Positions 7,695 through 15,572 of a stretch of DNA of 16,062 bases are shown in pieces. The DNA is taken from the NCBI GenBank assembly GCA_038205935.1, contig JBBRBK010000043.1:1-16062 (forward strand). Direction: 5' to 3'. This stretch comes from Campylobacterales bacterium (lineage in GTDB: Bacteria > Campylobacterota > Campylobacteria > Campylobacterales > Sulfurimonadaceae). Within the stretch, counting starts at the first letter, position 1. Every line of letters begins with the position of its first letter. The notes beneath the pieces are model-generated. The model had not been told where the DNA came from. It ran no database searches and worked only from the letters and a program-made list of their open reading frames with translations. The position numbers and the translations under genes are program-made.

Positions 7695-8253
7695 GTCTTG
7701 CCCTTCTATGCAACAATCTTACCTTTGGTGTTATCAACATATCACACGATATATCATAATCATCACAAATATCTTTATTTACATAACAGATCTGTGACTG
7801 TACAAAAATTTTATATGGATCTTTTTTAATTTTTTCAAAGAAACGATCATACATCCCTTTTCCAAATCCGATACGTCGCGATCTTCTGTCAACTCCAACC
7901 GCTGGAATAATAGATACATCAATTTTTCTTATATTTTTTAAACTGTTTCCCGCTTCATATATATTAAATTTTTTACGTGACAGCGGTAATCTGAATGGTA
8001 CCATTTTAAAGCTGATTTCTTCCATAAACGGAAGATATAGATGATTATTTTTTCTAATCTCATATAATGATTTTCTTATATCGACTTCGAGATACAGAGG
8101 CCAGAACATGAGTATATTGAGTCCCTTTTTCTTTTTAAAAAGAGAGATGATCTGTGAATTTACAAGATTGTCTCTATAAATTTTATTGAATTTTTGTGAG
8201 TTTCTCAATTTATTTAAACAATTTTTACGAAACAGTTCTTTTGTGACTTCCAT
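7627..8253 (-). CDS. 5-formyltetrahydrofolate cyclo-ligase
   Basis: N-terminal KELFRK, IDVSIIPAVGVD, RIGFGKGMYDRF signature, DDYDISCDMLITP. Lies upstream of rny as in Campylobacter. Confidence 0.92.
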   Translation of the reverse strand: MEVTKELFRKNCLNKLRNSQKFNKIYRDNLVNSQIISLFKKKKGLNILMFWPLYLEVDIRKSLYEIRKNNHLYLPFMEEISFKMVPFRLPLSRKKFNIYEAGNSLKNIRKIDVSIIPAVGVDRRSRRIGFGKGMYDRFFEKIKKDPYKIFVQSQICYVNKDICDDYDISCDMLITPKVRLLHRRARHANHTIRGFYSHSERGSRFFHF

Positions 8254-8264
8254 TTTAAATCTTT

Positions 8265-8273
8265 TGATATAAT
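8265..8273 (+). promoter_or_regulatory. Extended -10 promoter (TGATATAAT) for the TlpA-like gene and ftsY
   Basis: Perfect TGnTATAAT 31 bp before the ATG at 8305, with an AAAGG RBS. Confidence 0.7.
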
Positions 8274-8304
8274 TTCAGATATTTTATCTAATTAAAGGTT
8301 TTAA

Positions 8305-8856
8305 ATGTTAAAAAAATCACTAATAATTTCGCTTCTAGCAATTACACTTTTTTTTCAAGGCTGTAATAAAAAAGATAATGATAATGCTATGGTTGCAACA
8401 AGCAAGTTTGAATTAAATGACATGAACAAAGATTCTCACTCAGTTGAGAGAGCTGGAAATAATTTCAATCTTGATGGAAGTAAAGGTAAAGTCATATTAT
8501 TTGATATCTTTGCTACATGGTGTCCACCTTGCCGCGCTGAAGCATCACATCTTGCATCTTTACAAGAAAAATACAAAAATGATCTCATTGTTGCAGGTAT
8601 CTCGATACAAAAAGATATCACTAAAGAAGAGTTAGTAAGCTTTCAAAAAGAGTATGGGGCAAACTATATGATGCTTTTTGGCGCAGATAATCAAAAAGCA
8701 GCTCAAGCTATTGCTTCAACTCTGCAAGGTGTAGAAGCGGATTTCCCAATCCCTTTGATGGCGATGTATAAAGATGGAACTTTAATCAACTTTTATGTCG
8801 GTGCAACTCCCGAAGAGATCATTGAATCTGACATCAAAAAAGCTTTAGGTAAATAA
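8305..8856 (+). CDS. TlpA-family thiol:disulfide oxidoreductase lipoprotein
   Basis: Lipobox FFQG-C, active site FATWCPPC, cis-Pro motif IP. Confidence 0.92.
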   Translation: MLKKSLIISLLAITLFFQGCNKKDNDNAMVATSKFELNDMNKDSHSVERAGNNFNLDGSKGKVILFDIFATWCPPCRAEASHLASLQEKYKNDLIVAGISIQKDITKEELVSFQKEYGANYMMLFGADNQKAAQAIASTLQGVEADFPIPLMAMYKDGTLINFYVGATPEEIIESDIKKALGK

Positions 8857-9740
8857 TGTTTGGCTTTATCAAACAAGGTCTTAAAAAAACCGTTGAAGCC
8901 ATAAGAGCAGTCGCTCCAAAGAAAAAGATCACACTTACTAAAAGTGAACTTGAAGATATTTTACTTGAGTCTGATGTTGAGTACGCTCTAGTTGAAATCA
9001 TTTTAAATGAGATCTATCAAGAGAAAATAACTAGAGAAATTCTTGAATCAAAACTTTTAGCAACTTTGGCTTATACTAAATATGAAGAGCCTGCTTATGA
9101 AAAACCTTTTGTAGAACTCATTATCGGTGTAAACGGTGCTGGAAAAACTACGACTATTGCAAAACTCGCTTCAAAATATAAAAGTGAGGGCAAACGCGTT
9201 ATGCTCGGTGCTGCCGATACTTTTAGAGCAGCAGCTATCGAGCAACTCACGCGCTGGGCTGATAAGATAGATGTTCCTATAGTTTACTCACGCCAAGGAC
9301 ATGATCCATCGGCCGTTGCGTACGATACCATCGAATCAGCAAAAGCAAAAAATATGGATCATGTTATCATCGATACAGCCGGTCGCTTGCATACTCAAAC
9401 AAATCTAGCAAATGAACTCAAAAAGATCAATCGTATATGCGACAAAGCGCATGCAGGCGCACCGCATAGAACACTTCTTATCATCGATGGAACGCAAGGA
9501 AACTCTGCCATCGCTCAGGCAAAAGCATTTAATGAGATGATAGGAATAGATGGAATTATCATCACGAAGCTTGACGGTACTGCAAAAGGCGGTTCAATTT
9601 TTAGTATCGCATACGCACTCAAACTTCCAATCTTTTATATCGGTGTCGGTGAACAACCTGAACATCTTGTAAAATTTGACAAATATGAATTCGTCAATGG
9701 CCTGCTTGATGAAATATTTACAGAAGATGAATCAAAATAA
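8856..9740 (+). CDS. ftsY: Signal recognition particle receptor FtsY (short NG-only form)
   Basis: [46 protein letters not shown] stop/start coupling with the upstream gene. Confidence 0.98.
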   Translation: MFGFIKQGLKKTVEAIRAVAPKKKITLTKSELEDILLESDVEYALVEIILNEIYQEKITREILESKLLATLAYTKYEEPAYEKPFVELIIGVNGAGKTTTIAKLASKYKSEGKRVMLGAADTFRAAAIEQLTRWADKIDVPIVYSRQGHDPSAVAYDTIESAKAKNMDHVIIDTAGRLHTQTNLANELKKINRICDKAHAGAPHRTLLIIDGTQGNSAIAQAKAFNEMIGIDGIIITKLDGTAKGGSIFSIAYALKLPIFYIGVGEQPEHLVKFDKYEFVNGLLDEIFTEDESK

Positions 9741-9764
9741 AATATGACATACTGTCATATTTTA
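9738..9764. promoter_or_regulatory. Perfect 12-bp inverted repeat (operator-like, or a weak terminator) between ftsY and radA
   Basis: TAAAATATGACA-TAC-TGTCATATTTTA. Confidence 0.5.
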
Positions 9765-9785
9765 CAAAATCAAAAATAATTCCTC

Positions 9786-9791
9786 TATAAT
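9786..9791 (+). promoter_or_regulatory. Putative -10 box (TATAAT) for radA
   Basis: TATAAT in the 118-bp intergenic region; AAAGG RBS before the ATG at 9859. Confidence 0.55.
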
Positions 9792-9858
9792 TTAATTACA
9801 AAACTTCTCCTTACATTCAAAAACTCTTTACATGTAAGGCTCTATCAAAGGTATCACT

Positions 9859-11205
9859 ATGGCAAAGAAAAAAGTTGTTTTTGAGTGTCAGCACTGCGGA
9901 CTCACAACTCCAAAATGGATGGGAAAATGTACCAATTGTGGTGCTTGGGATTCATTTATAGAACTCGACGAACGTGAACAAGAAGTCATAAAAACTCTTT
10001 CTTCATCAAGTAATTCAAAAGCAAAAGCCATCGCAATGCCAGATATCGCCGAAATAGATATCCCGAGATTTTCATCACTTGATTATGAACTTGACACCGT
10101 TTTAGGCGGTGGAGTCGTTCCGGGATCATTAACTTTGATAGGTGGAAGCCCAGGCGTTGGAAAATCAACCCTACTTTTAAAAATCGGCTCTAACATCGCA
10201 TCGACGGGAAAAAATGTTCTCTATGTCACTGGTGAAGAATCAGAAAGTCAAGTCAAACTTCGCTCAAACAGACTCGGTGCAAATGAAAAAAATTTGTACC
10301 TTTTAAGTGAAATTCGTCTTGAACAAGTATTGGCAGAACTCCACCACAGAGAGTACGAGTTTATTATTATAGACTCTATACAAACACTCTACTCAGAAGC
10401 TATCTCCTCTGCTCCAGGTTCTGTAACACAAGTGAGACAGATCACTTTTGAACTTATGCGCCTTGCCAAAGATAAAAATATTGCTATTTTTATTATCGGA
10501 CATATTACCAAAGAAGGCTCTATTGCAGGTCCAAGAGTTTTAGAACATATGGTTGATACGGTTTTATATTTTGAGGGGGATTCTTCTCAAGAGTTACGGA
10601 TATTGCGTGGCTTTAAAAACCGTTTTGGACCAACAAGCGAAATAGGCGTTTTTGAGATGCGTTCTGAGGGACTTGTCAGCGCCAAAGATATCTCTTCAAG
10701 ATTTTTCAATCGTAATACTTCACAACCTGGATCCGCTCTTACAGTCATCATGGAGGGTTCTCGTCCTATTATATTAGAAGTGCAAGCTCTCGTTTCAGAG
10801 TCTCACACCTCCAATCCAAAACGCCAAGCGACAGGTTTTGATAATAACAGACTTAATATGCTTTTAGCCCTTTTGGAGAGAAAACTCGAGATTCCACTCA
10901 ACAGTTATGATGTATTTATTAATATAACTGGCGGAATCAAAATCACCGAAACAGCTGCGGATCTTGCAATCTTAGCTGCAATTATCAGTAGTTTTCGAGA
11001 CAGAGCTATCTCGAAAGAAACTGTATTTATTGGAGAGGTTTCTCTTGTTGGTGATGTTAGAGAAGTATTTCAGCTTGATATCAGACTCAAAGAAGCAAAG
11101 ATGCAAAATATAACAAAAGCACTCATTGCCAAAAAAACTTTAGAAAAACCAGTGATTAAAACATATATTGTTGATGAAGTCACAAAACTCTTGGAATGGT
11201 TTTGA
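9859..11205 (+). CDS. radA: DNA repair protein RadA/Sms
   Basis: C4 zinc finger (CQHC...KWMGKCTNC), Walker A GSPGVGKST, IIIDSIQT, KNRFG motif, Lon-like C-terminal domain. Confidence 0.98.
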   Translation: MAKKKVVFECQHCGLTTPKWMGKCTNCGAWDSFIELDEREQEVIKTLSSSSNSKAKAIAMPDIAEIDIPRFSSLDYELDTVLGGGVVPGSLTLIGGSPGVGKSTLLLKIGSNIASTGKNVLYVTGEESESQVKLRSNRLGANEKNLYLLSEIRLEQVLAELHHREYEFIIIDSIQTLYSEAISSAPGSVTQVRQITFELMRLAKDKNIAIFIIGHITKEGSIAGPRVLEHMVDTVLYFEGDSSQELRILRGFKNRFGPTSEIGVFEMRSEGLVSAKDISSRFFNRNTSQPGSALTVIMEGSRPIILEVQALVSESHTSNPKRQATGFDNNRLNMLLALLERKLEIPLNSYDVFINITGGIKITETAADLAILAAIISSFRDRAISKETVFIGEVSLVGDVREVFQLDIRLKEAKMQNITKALIAKKTLEKPVIKTYIVDEVTKLLEWF

Positions 11206-11224
11206 TTGTTAAAGATTTTTTTTG

Positions 11225-11230
11225 TATAAT
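11225..11230 (+). promoter_or_regulatory. Putative -10 box (TATAAT) for the hypothetical protein / carbonic anhydrase pair
   Basis: TATAAT preceded by a T-tract, upstream of AAGGA (11246-11250) and the ATG at 11260. Confidence 0.6.
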
Positions 11231-11259
11231 GTTTGAAATATCCAAAAGGAATACACAGT

Positions 11260-11517
11260 ATGATAAACGCGGAATATAAAAGCGAAGAGCGTTATTCAAA
11301 GCTTTCCCTAGTATTTGATACAAAAGAAGAAGAGGATAGAGTCAATACAGTTATCAATGTTGTTATAGATGAAAATAGTTTCAAACCTGAAATTTATTCA
11401 TGTGAACTTCCAAAAAATAAAAAAGTTATTGTTATCGAATATCATGATGATTGTGACCGAAGTTCAGGACCTATCTTTGATAAAATCATGAAAACTCTAG
11501 GAATATCTCGCTGTTAA
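11260..11517 (+). CDS. Hypothetical protein (85 aa)
   Basis: ATG at 11260 follows an AAGGA RBS and a -10 box, so it is preferred over the TTG at 11233. Fills the gap between radA and the carbonic anhydrase. Confidence 0.75.
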   Translation: MINAEYKSEERYSKLSLVFDTKEEEDRVNTVINVVIDENSFKPEIYSCELPKNKKVIVIEYHDDCDRSSGPIFDKIMKTLGISRC

Positions 11518-11535
11518 TTATATAAGGATTATGCT

Positions 11536-12186
11536 ATGGATCTAAGAAAATTTGCCGAGGGCAATGAGCTTTTTAAAAAAGTTCACTTTAAAAAAAATGA
11601 AGAGTCTTTTCTTGAACTCGCTCAAAATGGACAAAGTCCAAAGACTTTGTTTATAGGTTGTTCTGACTCAAGAGTTATACCCGATCTTATCGTGCAATCC
11701 CGTCCTGGAGACCTTTTTGTTATCCGTAATGTTGGAAACTTTGTTGCTCCATTTAGTCTTGATGAAGATTATCATGCAACGGCTACAGGTATAGAATATG
11801 CGGTCAGCGTACTCAATGTAAGTGAAATAATTATATGTGGGCATTCACATTGTGGGGCAATCAACCATCTTTTTAAAACTGTTGAAAATCCATCTTTAGT
11901 ACACACAAAAAAATGGTTGAGTTTAGGTGAAAAAGCAAAATCTATGGCTATTTTAAGCCTTGGAGTAAATGCTGATAAAGAGGAACTCTTACGTGTTACA
12001 GAAAAACTTTCTGTGGTAACTCAACTAGAAAATCTTTTAACTTATCCCGAAGTTCAAAGAAGAGTGGATAAAGAGGACCTTCATATATATGGTTGGTATT
12101 ACGATATAGAGACTGGAAGTATTGATTATTATGATCCCGATACATATCAGTTTATACCTCTCAACTCGTTAGTGAAAAAAAATTAG
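11536..12186 (+). CDS. Beta-class carbonic anhydrase
   Basis: GQSP, IGCSDSRV, PGDLFVIRNVGN, IEYAV, CGHSHCGA zinc ligands, GWYYDIETG. Confidence 0.96.
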   Translation: MDLRKFAEGNELFKKVHFKKNEESFLELAQNGQSPKTLFIGCSDSRVIPDLIVQSRPGDLFVIRNVGNFVAPFSLDEDYHATATGIEYAVSVLNVSEIIICGHSHCGAINHLFKTVENPSLVHTKKWLSLGEKAKSMAILSLGVNADKEELLRVTEKLSVVTQLENLLTYPEVQRRVDKEDLHIYGWYYDIETGSIDYYDPDTYQFIPLNSLVKKN

Positions 12187-12188
12187 TG

Positions 12189-12197
12189 TGTTATAAT
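12189..12197 (+). promoter_or_regulatory. Extended -10 promoter (TGTTATAAT) for fliL-acpS
   Basis: Perfect TGnTATAAT, then an AAGGA RBS and the ATG at 12225. Confidence 0.72.
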
Positions 12198-12224
12198 CTT
12201 AAAATAAAAATCAAGGATTGATAA

Positions 12225-12773
12225 ATGGCAGAAAAAAAAGAAGAAGAAGTAGTTGCGCCCGAAGGTAAAAAATCAAGTTCGATGATGCTTGTGATCATTA
12301 TTGTTGTCTTAATACTTGTAATTTTAATTGGGGCTGTCGTTACAATCCTTATGATGGGTGGAGATTCTAAATCAGAAGAAAAAGCTTCAAAAGCTACTGA
12401 AAAAACTGAAAAAGTTGCTGGAGAGAAAAAAGAAACTCCAGGTGCAGAAGGTTCTAGAACTTTGGATAAAATCGGTATTTTATTACCACTAGATACATTT
12501 ACAGTAAATCTTATGAGTGAGAGTGGAAGCCGCTATCTTAAAGCTACGATTTCACTTGAACTTAGTGGAAAAGAACTCACAGAAGAGCTAGAGGCAAAAA
12601 AACCCGTTATAAGAGATAAGATACTCAGACTTCTCTCTTCAAAATCAATAGAAGAGGTTTCTACCCTTAAAGGAAAAGATCAACTCAGCGAGCAAATCAT
12701 GCAACAACTAAACCCTATGCTTAAAGATGGAAGTATTAATGGCGTTTATTTTACGGATTTTGTAATTCAATAA
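12225..12773 (+). CDS. fliL: Flagellar basal body-associated protein FliL
   Basis: Single N-terminal TM helix, LDTFTVNL, RYLK, PVIRD, GKDQL, C-terminal VYFTDFVIQ. Confidence 0.96.
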   Translation: MAEKKEEEVVAPEGKKSSSMMLVIIIVVLILVILIGAVVTILMMGGDSKSEEKASKATEKTEKVAGEKKETPGAEGSRTLDKIGILLPLDTFTVNLMSESGSRYLKATISLELSGKELTEELEAKKPVIRDKILRLLSSKSIEEVSTLKGKDQLSEQIMQQLNPMLKDGSINGVYFTDFVIQ

Positions 12774-13123
12774 TGATAGGTATCGATCTTATTAAATTAG
12801 AGAGAATGAAACGGTTGATGGAAAGATTTGGTGAGAAATCTCTTCAAAAATTCCTCTCTTGTGATGAGATCACACTTGTAAAAAATCATAAAACTGCTGC
12901 AGGATTTTGGGCTGTAAAAGAAGCTTGTTCAAAAGCTCTCGGTACAGGCATCGGATCTGAATGTAGCTTCTTTGATATCTACATTTCAAAAACACCGCGA
13001 GGTGCTCCAGTTTTGGAGTTAAGTCAAAGACTAATGCAAAACTTCAAAATTAAAAGTACTTCACTTTCCATCACGCACGATGGAGACTACGCAATTGCGG
13101 TAGTTGCTATAGAAACTTATTAA
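12773..13123 (+). CDS. acpS: Holo-[acyl-carrier-protein] synthase
   Basis: MIGIDL, WAVKEACSKALGTG, GAP, SLSITHDGDYAIA. Coupled to fliL by TAATG. Confidence 0.96.
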   Translation: MIGIDLIKLERMKRLMERFGEKSLQKFLSCDEITLVKNHKTAAGFWAVKEACSKALGTGIGSECSFFDIYISKTPRGAPVLELSQRLMQNFKIKSTSLSITHDGDYAIAVVAIETY

Positions 13124-13320
13124 CCACCACCTACAAAATCAAGTAACTCGACTTTATCATCTTCTTGTAGCTTACATGTAGACCAATTTTCTTGCTTAAC
13201 AATCTCCATATTAATCGCAGCAGCCATAACCTTTTCATCAAGACCTAATTCACAAATCAAATTTTGTAAATTCGCACCATCTTGGAACTCTCTTGTAATT
13301 CCATTCACTATTACCTTCAT
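13120..13320 (-). CDS. thiS: Sulfur carrier protein ThiS
   Basis: 66-aa ubiquitin-like protein: MKVIVNG...AAAINMEIV...W...L...DKVELLDFVGGG with C-terminal Gly-Gly. Confidence 0.92.
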   Translation of the reverse strand: MKVIVNGITREFQDGANLQNLICELGLDEKVMAAAINMEIVKQENWSTCKLQEDDKVELLDFVGGG

Positions 13321-13341
13321 TTATTCTCTTTCTAATTTAGA

Positions 13342-13364
13342 TATAATTCGCTTACTTAATTATA
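13342..13364. promoter_or_regulatory. Overlapping divergent -10 boxes: TATAAT on + (13342-13347) and on - (13359-13364)
   Basis: Both perfect hexamers lie in the 55-bp gap between thiS and the hypothetical gene. Confidence 0.55.
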
Positions 13365-13375
13365 CAAGGATTTCT

Positions 13376-13942
13376 ATGTCATCTGCAACTATAAAACGCC
13401 ACAATCATCGTGTTCTTCCATGTAATACACAGCGTAAGATTGAACTTATAAATTTCCTTATTAAAAATAACAGCGAACTTGAGATAGTGATAGTATCCAA
13501 AGAATTTGTAAAAGATTTTAAAGAACTTTCACTAAATGAAAAAGTGAGAATTACTACTGATGCACAATTTAGCAGTGATATAACATCAGAATTTGATATG
13601 CTCATAAACTATGATCTTCCACAAGAAGCACAACTATATCTAAAACGTTTAGAACTTGCTAAAGATTATTCTCTAGTCCTTTTGGAGCCAGATGAGCATG
13701 CAACACTCTATCCAATTGAGACAGCACTAGGACGTGTTTTAGTACTAGATAACATCAAAGCATTTGAAACGACTCAAACCAAAGACATGAAAATAGCTAA
13801 AGCAAAAAAAGAGAAAAAAGCAAAACGTTTCGAACAAGAGTTAGCAAAAGAGAAAGAGAAAAAAGAGAAAAAAGCACAAAGTAAACTACCTCCAAAACGT
13901 ACTGTTCGAAAGATAGTTCCAAAAAAAGAGGAGTTGGACTAG
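13376..13942 (+). CDS. Hypothetical protein resembling a degenerate DEAD-box helicase C-terminal (RecA2) domain with a basic tail
   Basis: AAGGA RBS. RKIELINFLIK, FDMLINYDLP...YLKRL, SLVLLEPDE...LYPIETALG, and a Lys-rich C-terminus. Confidence 0.65.
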   Translation: MSSATIKRHNHRVLPCNTQRKIELINFLIKNNSELEIVIVSKEFVKDFKELSLNEKVRITTDAQFSSDITSEFDMLINYDLPQEAQLYLKRLELAKDYSLVLLEPDEHATLYPIETALGRVLVLDNIKAFETTQTKDMKIAKAKKEKKAKRFEQELAKEKEKKEKKAQSKLPPKRTVRKIVPKKEELD

Positions 13943-14508
13943 AAACTAGCCAACTTCGAGACGATATCGTTAATACTACTCGAGAAAAGAGTGTATAAAA
14001 GTGGTTCCATATCTTTTGTAGTATAAGATGGTTTAATCCAGATTCCCTGATTTTGAGTGAAACTTTGAGTAATCACTTTATTTCCTTGTTTCACTGTTAC
14101 ATCTATTAAAATCTTTCCATGAAGATTTTCATCAAACTTCTTTGTATCGTTGTATACAAGTTCTACTTTTTTGATTTTTACATCTACAATCATAGCATTT
14201 GCATCCGGATTTTGTTCTACATTAAACTGAGCCATTCTAAGAGCACTGTTTAGTCCATCTTTATATTTACCGGCAAAATCAGCGTAACTGTACAGCAATG
14301 TTGTTTTTTGTCCATTCGCTTGAACATAACCTATACTGGTTTTATCATCTCGCGCATCACTAACAGACGACAGATAAATACTCTTATGATCATTTGACAT
14401 AGCTCCAGTATAGACAGTTTTATAAGATGAAAGTCCAATCGCTTCATTTTTATAAGTACATCCGCCTAGTAACAGTGCGGCAACAACTAAATAAGATAGA
14501 TTTTTCAT
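13939..14508 (-). CDS. YajG-family lipoprotein
   Basis: Lipobox LLGG-C, VSDARDDK motif, about 190 aa, AAGGAG RBS. Confidence 0.7.
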   Translation of the reverse strand: MKNLSYLVVAALLLGGCTYKNEAIGLSSYKTVYTGAMSNDHKSIYLSSVSDARDDKTSIGYVQANGQKTTLLYSYADFAGKYKDGLNSALRMAQFNVEQNPDANAMIVDVKIKKVELVYNDTKKFDENLHGKILIDVTVKQGNKVITQSFTQNQGIWIKPSYTTKDMEPLLYTLFSSSINDIVSKLASF

Positions 14509-14536
14509 GACTCACTCCTTTTTTATAGTTTATAGA

Positions 14537-14542
14537 ATTATA
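14537..14542 (-). promoter_or_regulatory. Putative -10 box (TATAAT) for the lipoprotein gene
   Basis: Minus-strand TATAAT about 28 bp upstream of the start at 14508. Confidence 0.55.
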
Positions 14543-14559
14543 CAGAAATTATTTATATT

Positions 14560-15567
14560 TTATCGTTTACGAAATCTTATCATTTTGAATCGCTCACCTA
14601 AGAAATTTGGCATGATAAGTAATTTTATTTTCTGAAGTTCCTGTTCGTAGATCTTTTCATCTACATTGATTCTAAGCATCTCTAAAAGCTCTAAAATCCC
14701 CATATCCACAAGAGCTCGCATCTGTGTTTGAAGCTCTACAAATTCAATTCCTGCTTCGATAAATGCATCTTTAACATGCTCAAAAGTTACATCATAGGTA
14801 ATATCGGAATTTTTATAGAGTTCATCAAGATTATTTTTTTCATCAAAGAATGGAAATACATCGTGGTTTTTATAGACTCTAATTGAGAAATCTGGACGAG
14901 ACATCATCTCACCGTAGTCAAAACTCATAAACTCAAACTTCTCAGCTGCACCGGCCATCTCTTTAGCAAACTCTTCATAGCCTACAGCGATCTCGCCTTT
15001 GTCTTTATGATATTTTTTTGCTTTTTGCAAAATAGTCTCATCTTTAATATCAAACTCGATTTTTCCCTCTTTTACAGAAGCGATCTTTCCATCATGTAAA
15101 AGTTCGCATGAAAAGGCATCAAATATCTCATTTGCGACAAAAAAAGCACTCTTACATGTAGAGTTTCCTAGTGATGAAAGCTCACTCAGAGATTTATAAT
15201 GCGTTAAAGAGATTACATCACCAAAAGAGTCTTTGAAGTAGTTTTTCTGCTGTTCTTGAAGTGTATCAAAGCGCTCAATGATGACAAAGTTAAGTGTTTC
15301 TAAAAGTTCTGGAGAAAGAGTATAGATAAACTCTACCACATCCGCTAAAAAGTAACCATGATGTGCACCTATCTCACAGATGACTGCGTCTTTTTCTAAA
15401 AAGCCCTCTTCCACCAAAGAGATGATGTGCTTGGCAATCGTTCCACCAAAAAACTTAGAAGTACTCACAGAGGTATAAAAATCACCCTCTTTGCCTATCT
15501 GTTTATAGTTGGTGTAGTAGCCCTCGTTTCCATAGAGCCACTCATTCATATATTGGCTAAATCTCAT
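14560..15567 (-). CDS. SAM-dependent methyltransferase, MidA/NDUFAF7 family
   Basis: FSQYM..WLY..GYY, IGKEGDFYTS, EIGAHHG, ANEIFDAF, FDYG, DITYDVTF, GERFK. Confidence 0.9.
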   Translation of the reverse strand: MRFSQYMNEWLYGNEGYYTNYKQIGKEGDFYTSVSTSKFFGGTIAKHIISLVEEGFLEKDAVICEIGAHHGYFLADVVEFIYTLSPELLETLNFVIIERFDTLQEQQKNYFKDSFGDVISLTHYKSLSELSSLGNSTCKSAFFVANEIFDAFSCELLHDGKIASVKEGKIEFDIKDETILQKAKKYHKDKGEIAVGYEEFAKEMAGAAEKFEFMSFDYGEMMSRPDFSIRVYKNHDVFPFFDEKNNLDELYKNSDITYDVTFEHVKDAFIEAGIEFVELQTQMRALVDMGILELLEMLRINVDEKIYEQELQKIKLLIMPNFLGERFKMIRFRKR

Positions 15568-15572
15568 AGGAT

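Larger units (their letters stand above)
961..15160. repeat. Dispersed palindromic motif (T)TACATGTA(A), 9 copies
   Basis: TACATGTA starts at 962, 3299, 3315, 4229, 6096, 6116, 9829, 13173 and 15153. The first seven are the full 10-mer TTACATGTAA. Confidence 0.9.

Noticed and set aside
8254..8304. 6S RNA (ssrS), often found upstream of 5-FTHF cyclo-ligase genes
   Set aside because: The gap is only 51 bp, too short for a roughly 180-nt RNA.
11233..11259. TTG start at 11233 given by the ORF track
   Set aside because: It lies 2 bp after the -10 box, upstream of the likely TSS. The ATG at 11260 has a proper AAGGA RBS.
13800..13880. A/G-rich quasi-repeats (AAAGAGAAAAAAG)
   Set aside because: Explained by Lys/Glu codons of the basic tail; not a separate repeat or contingency locus.
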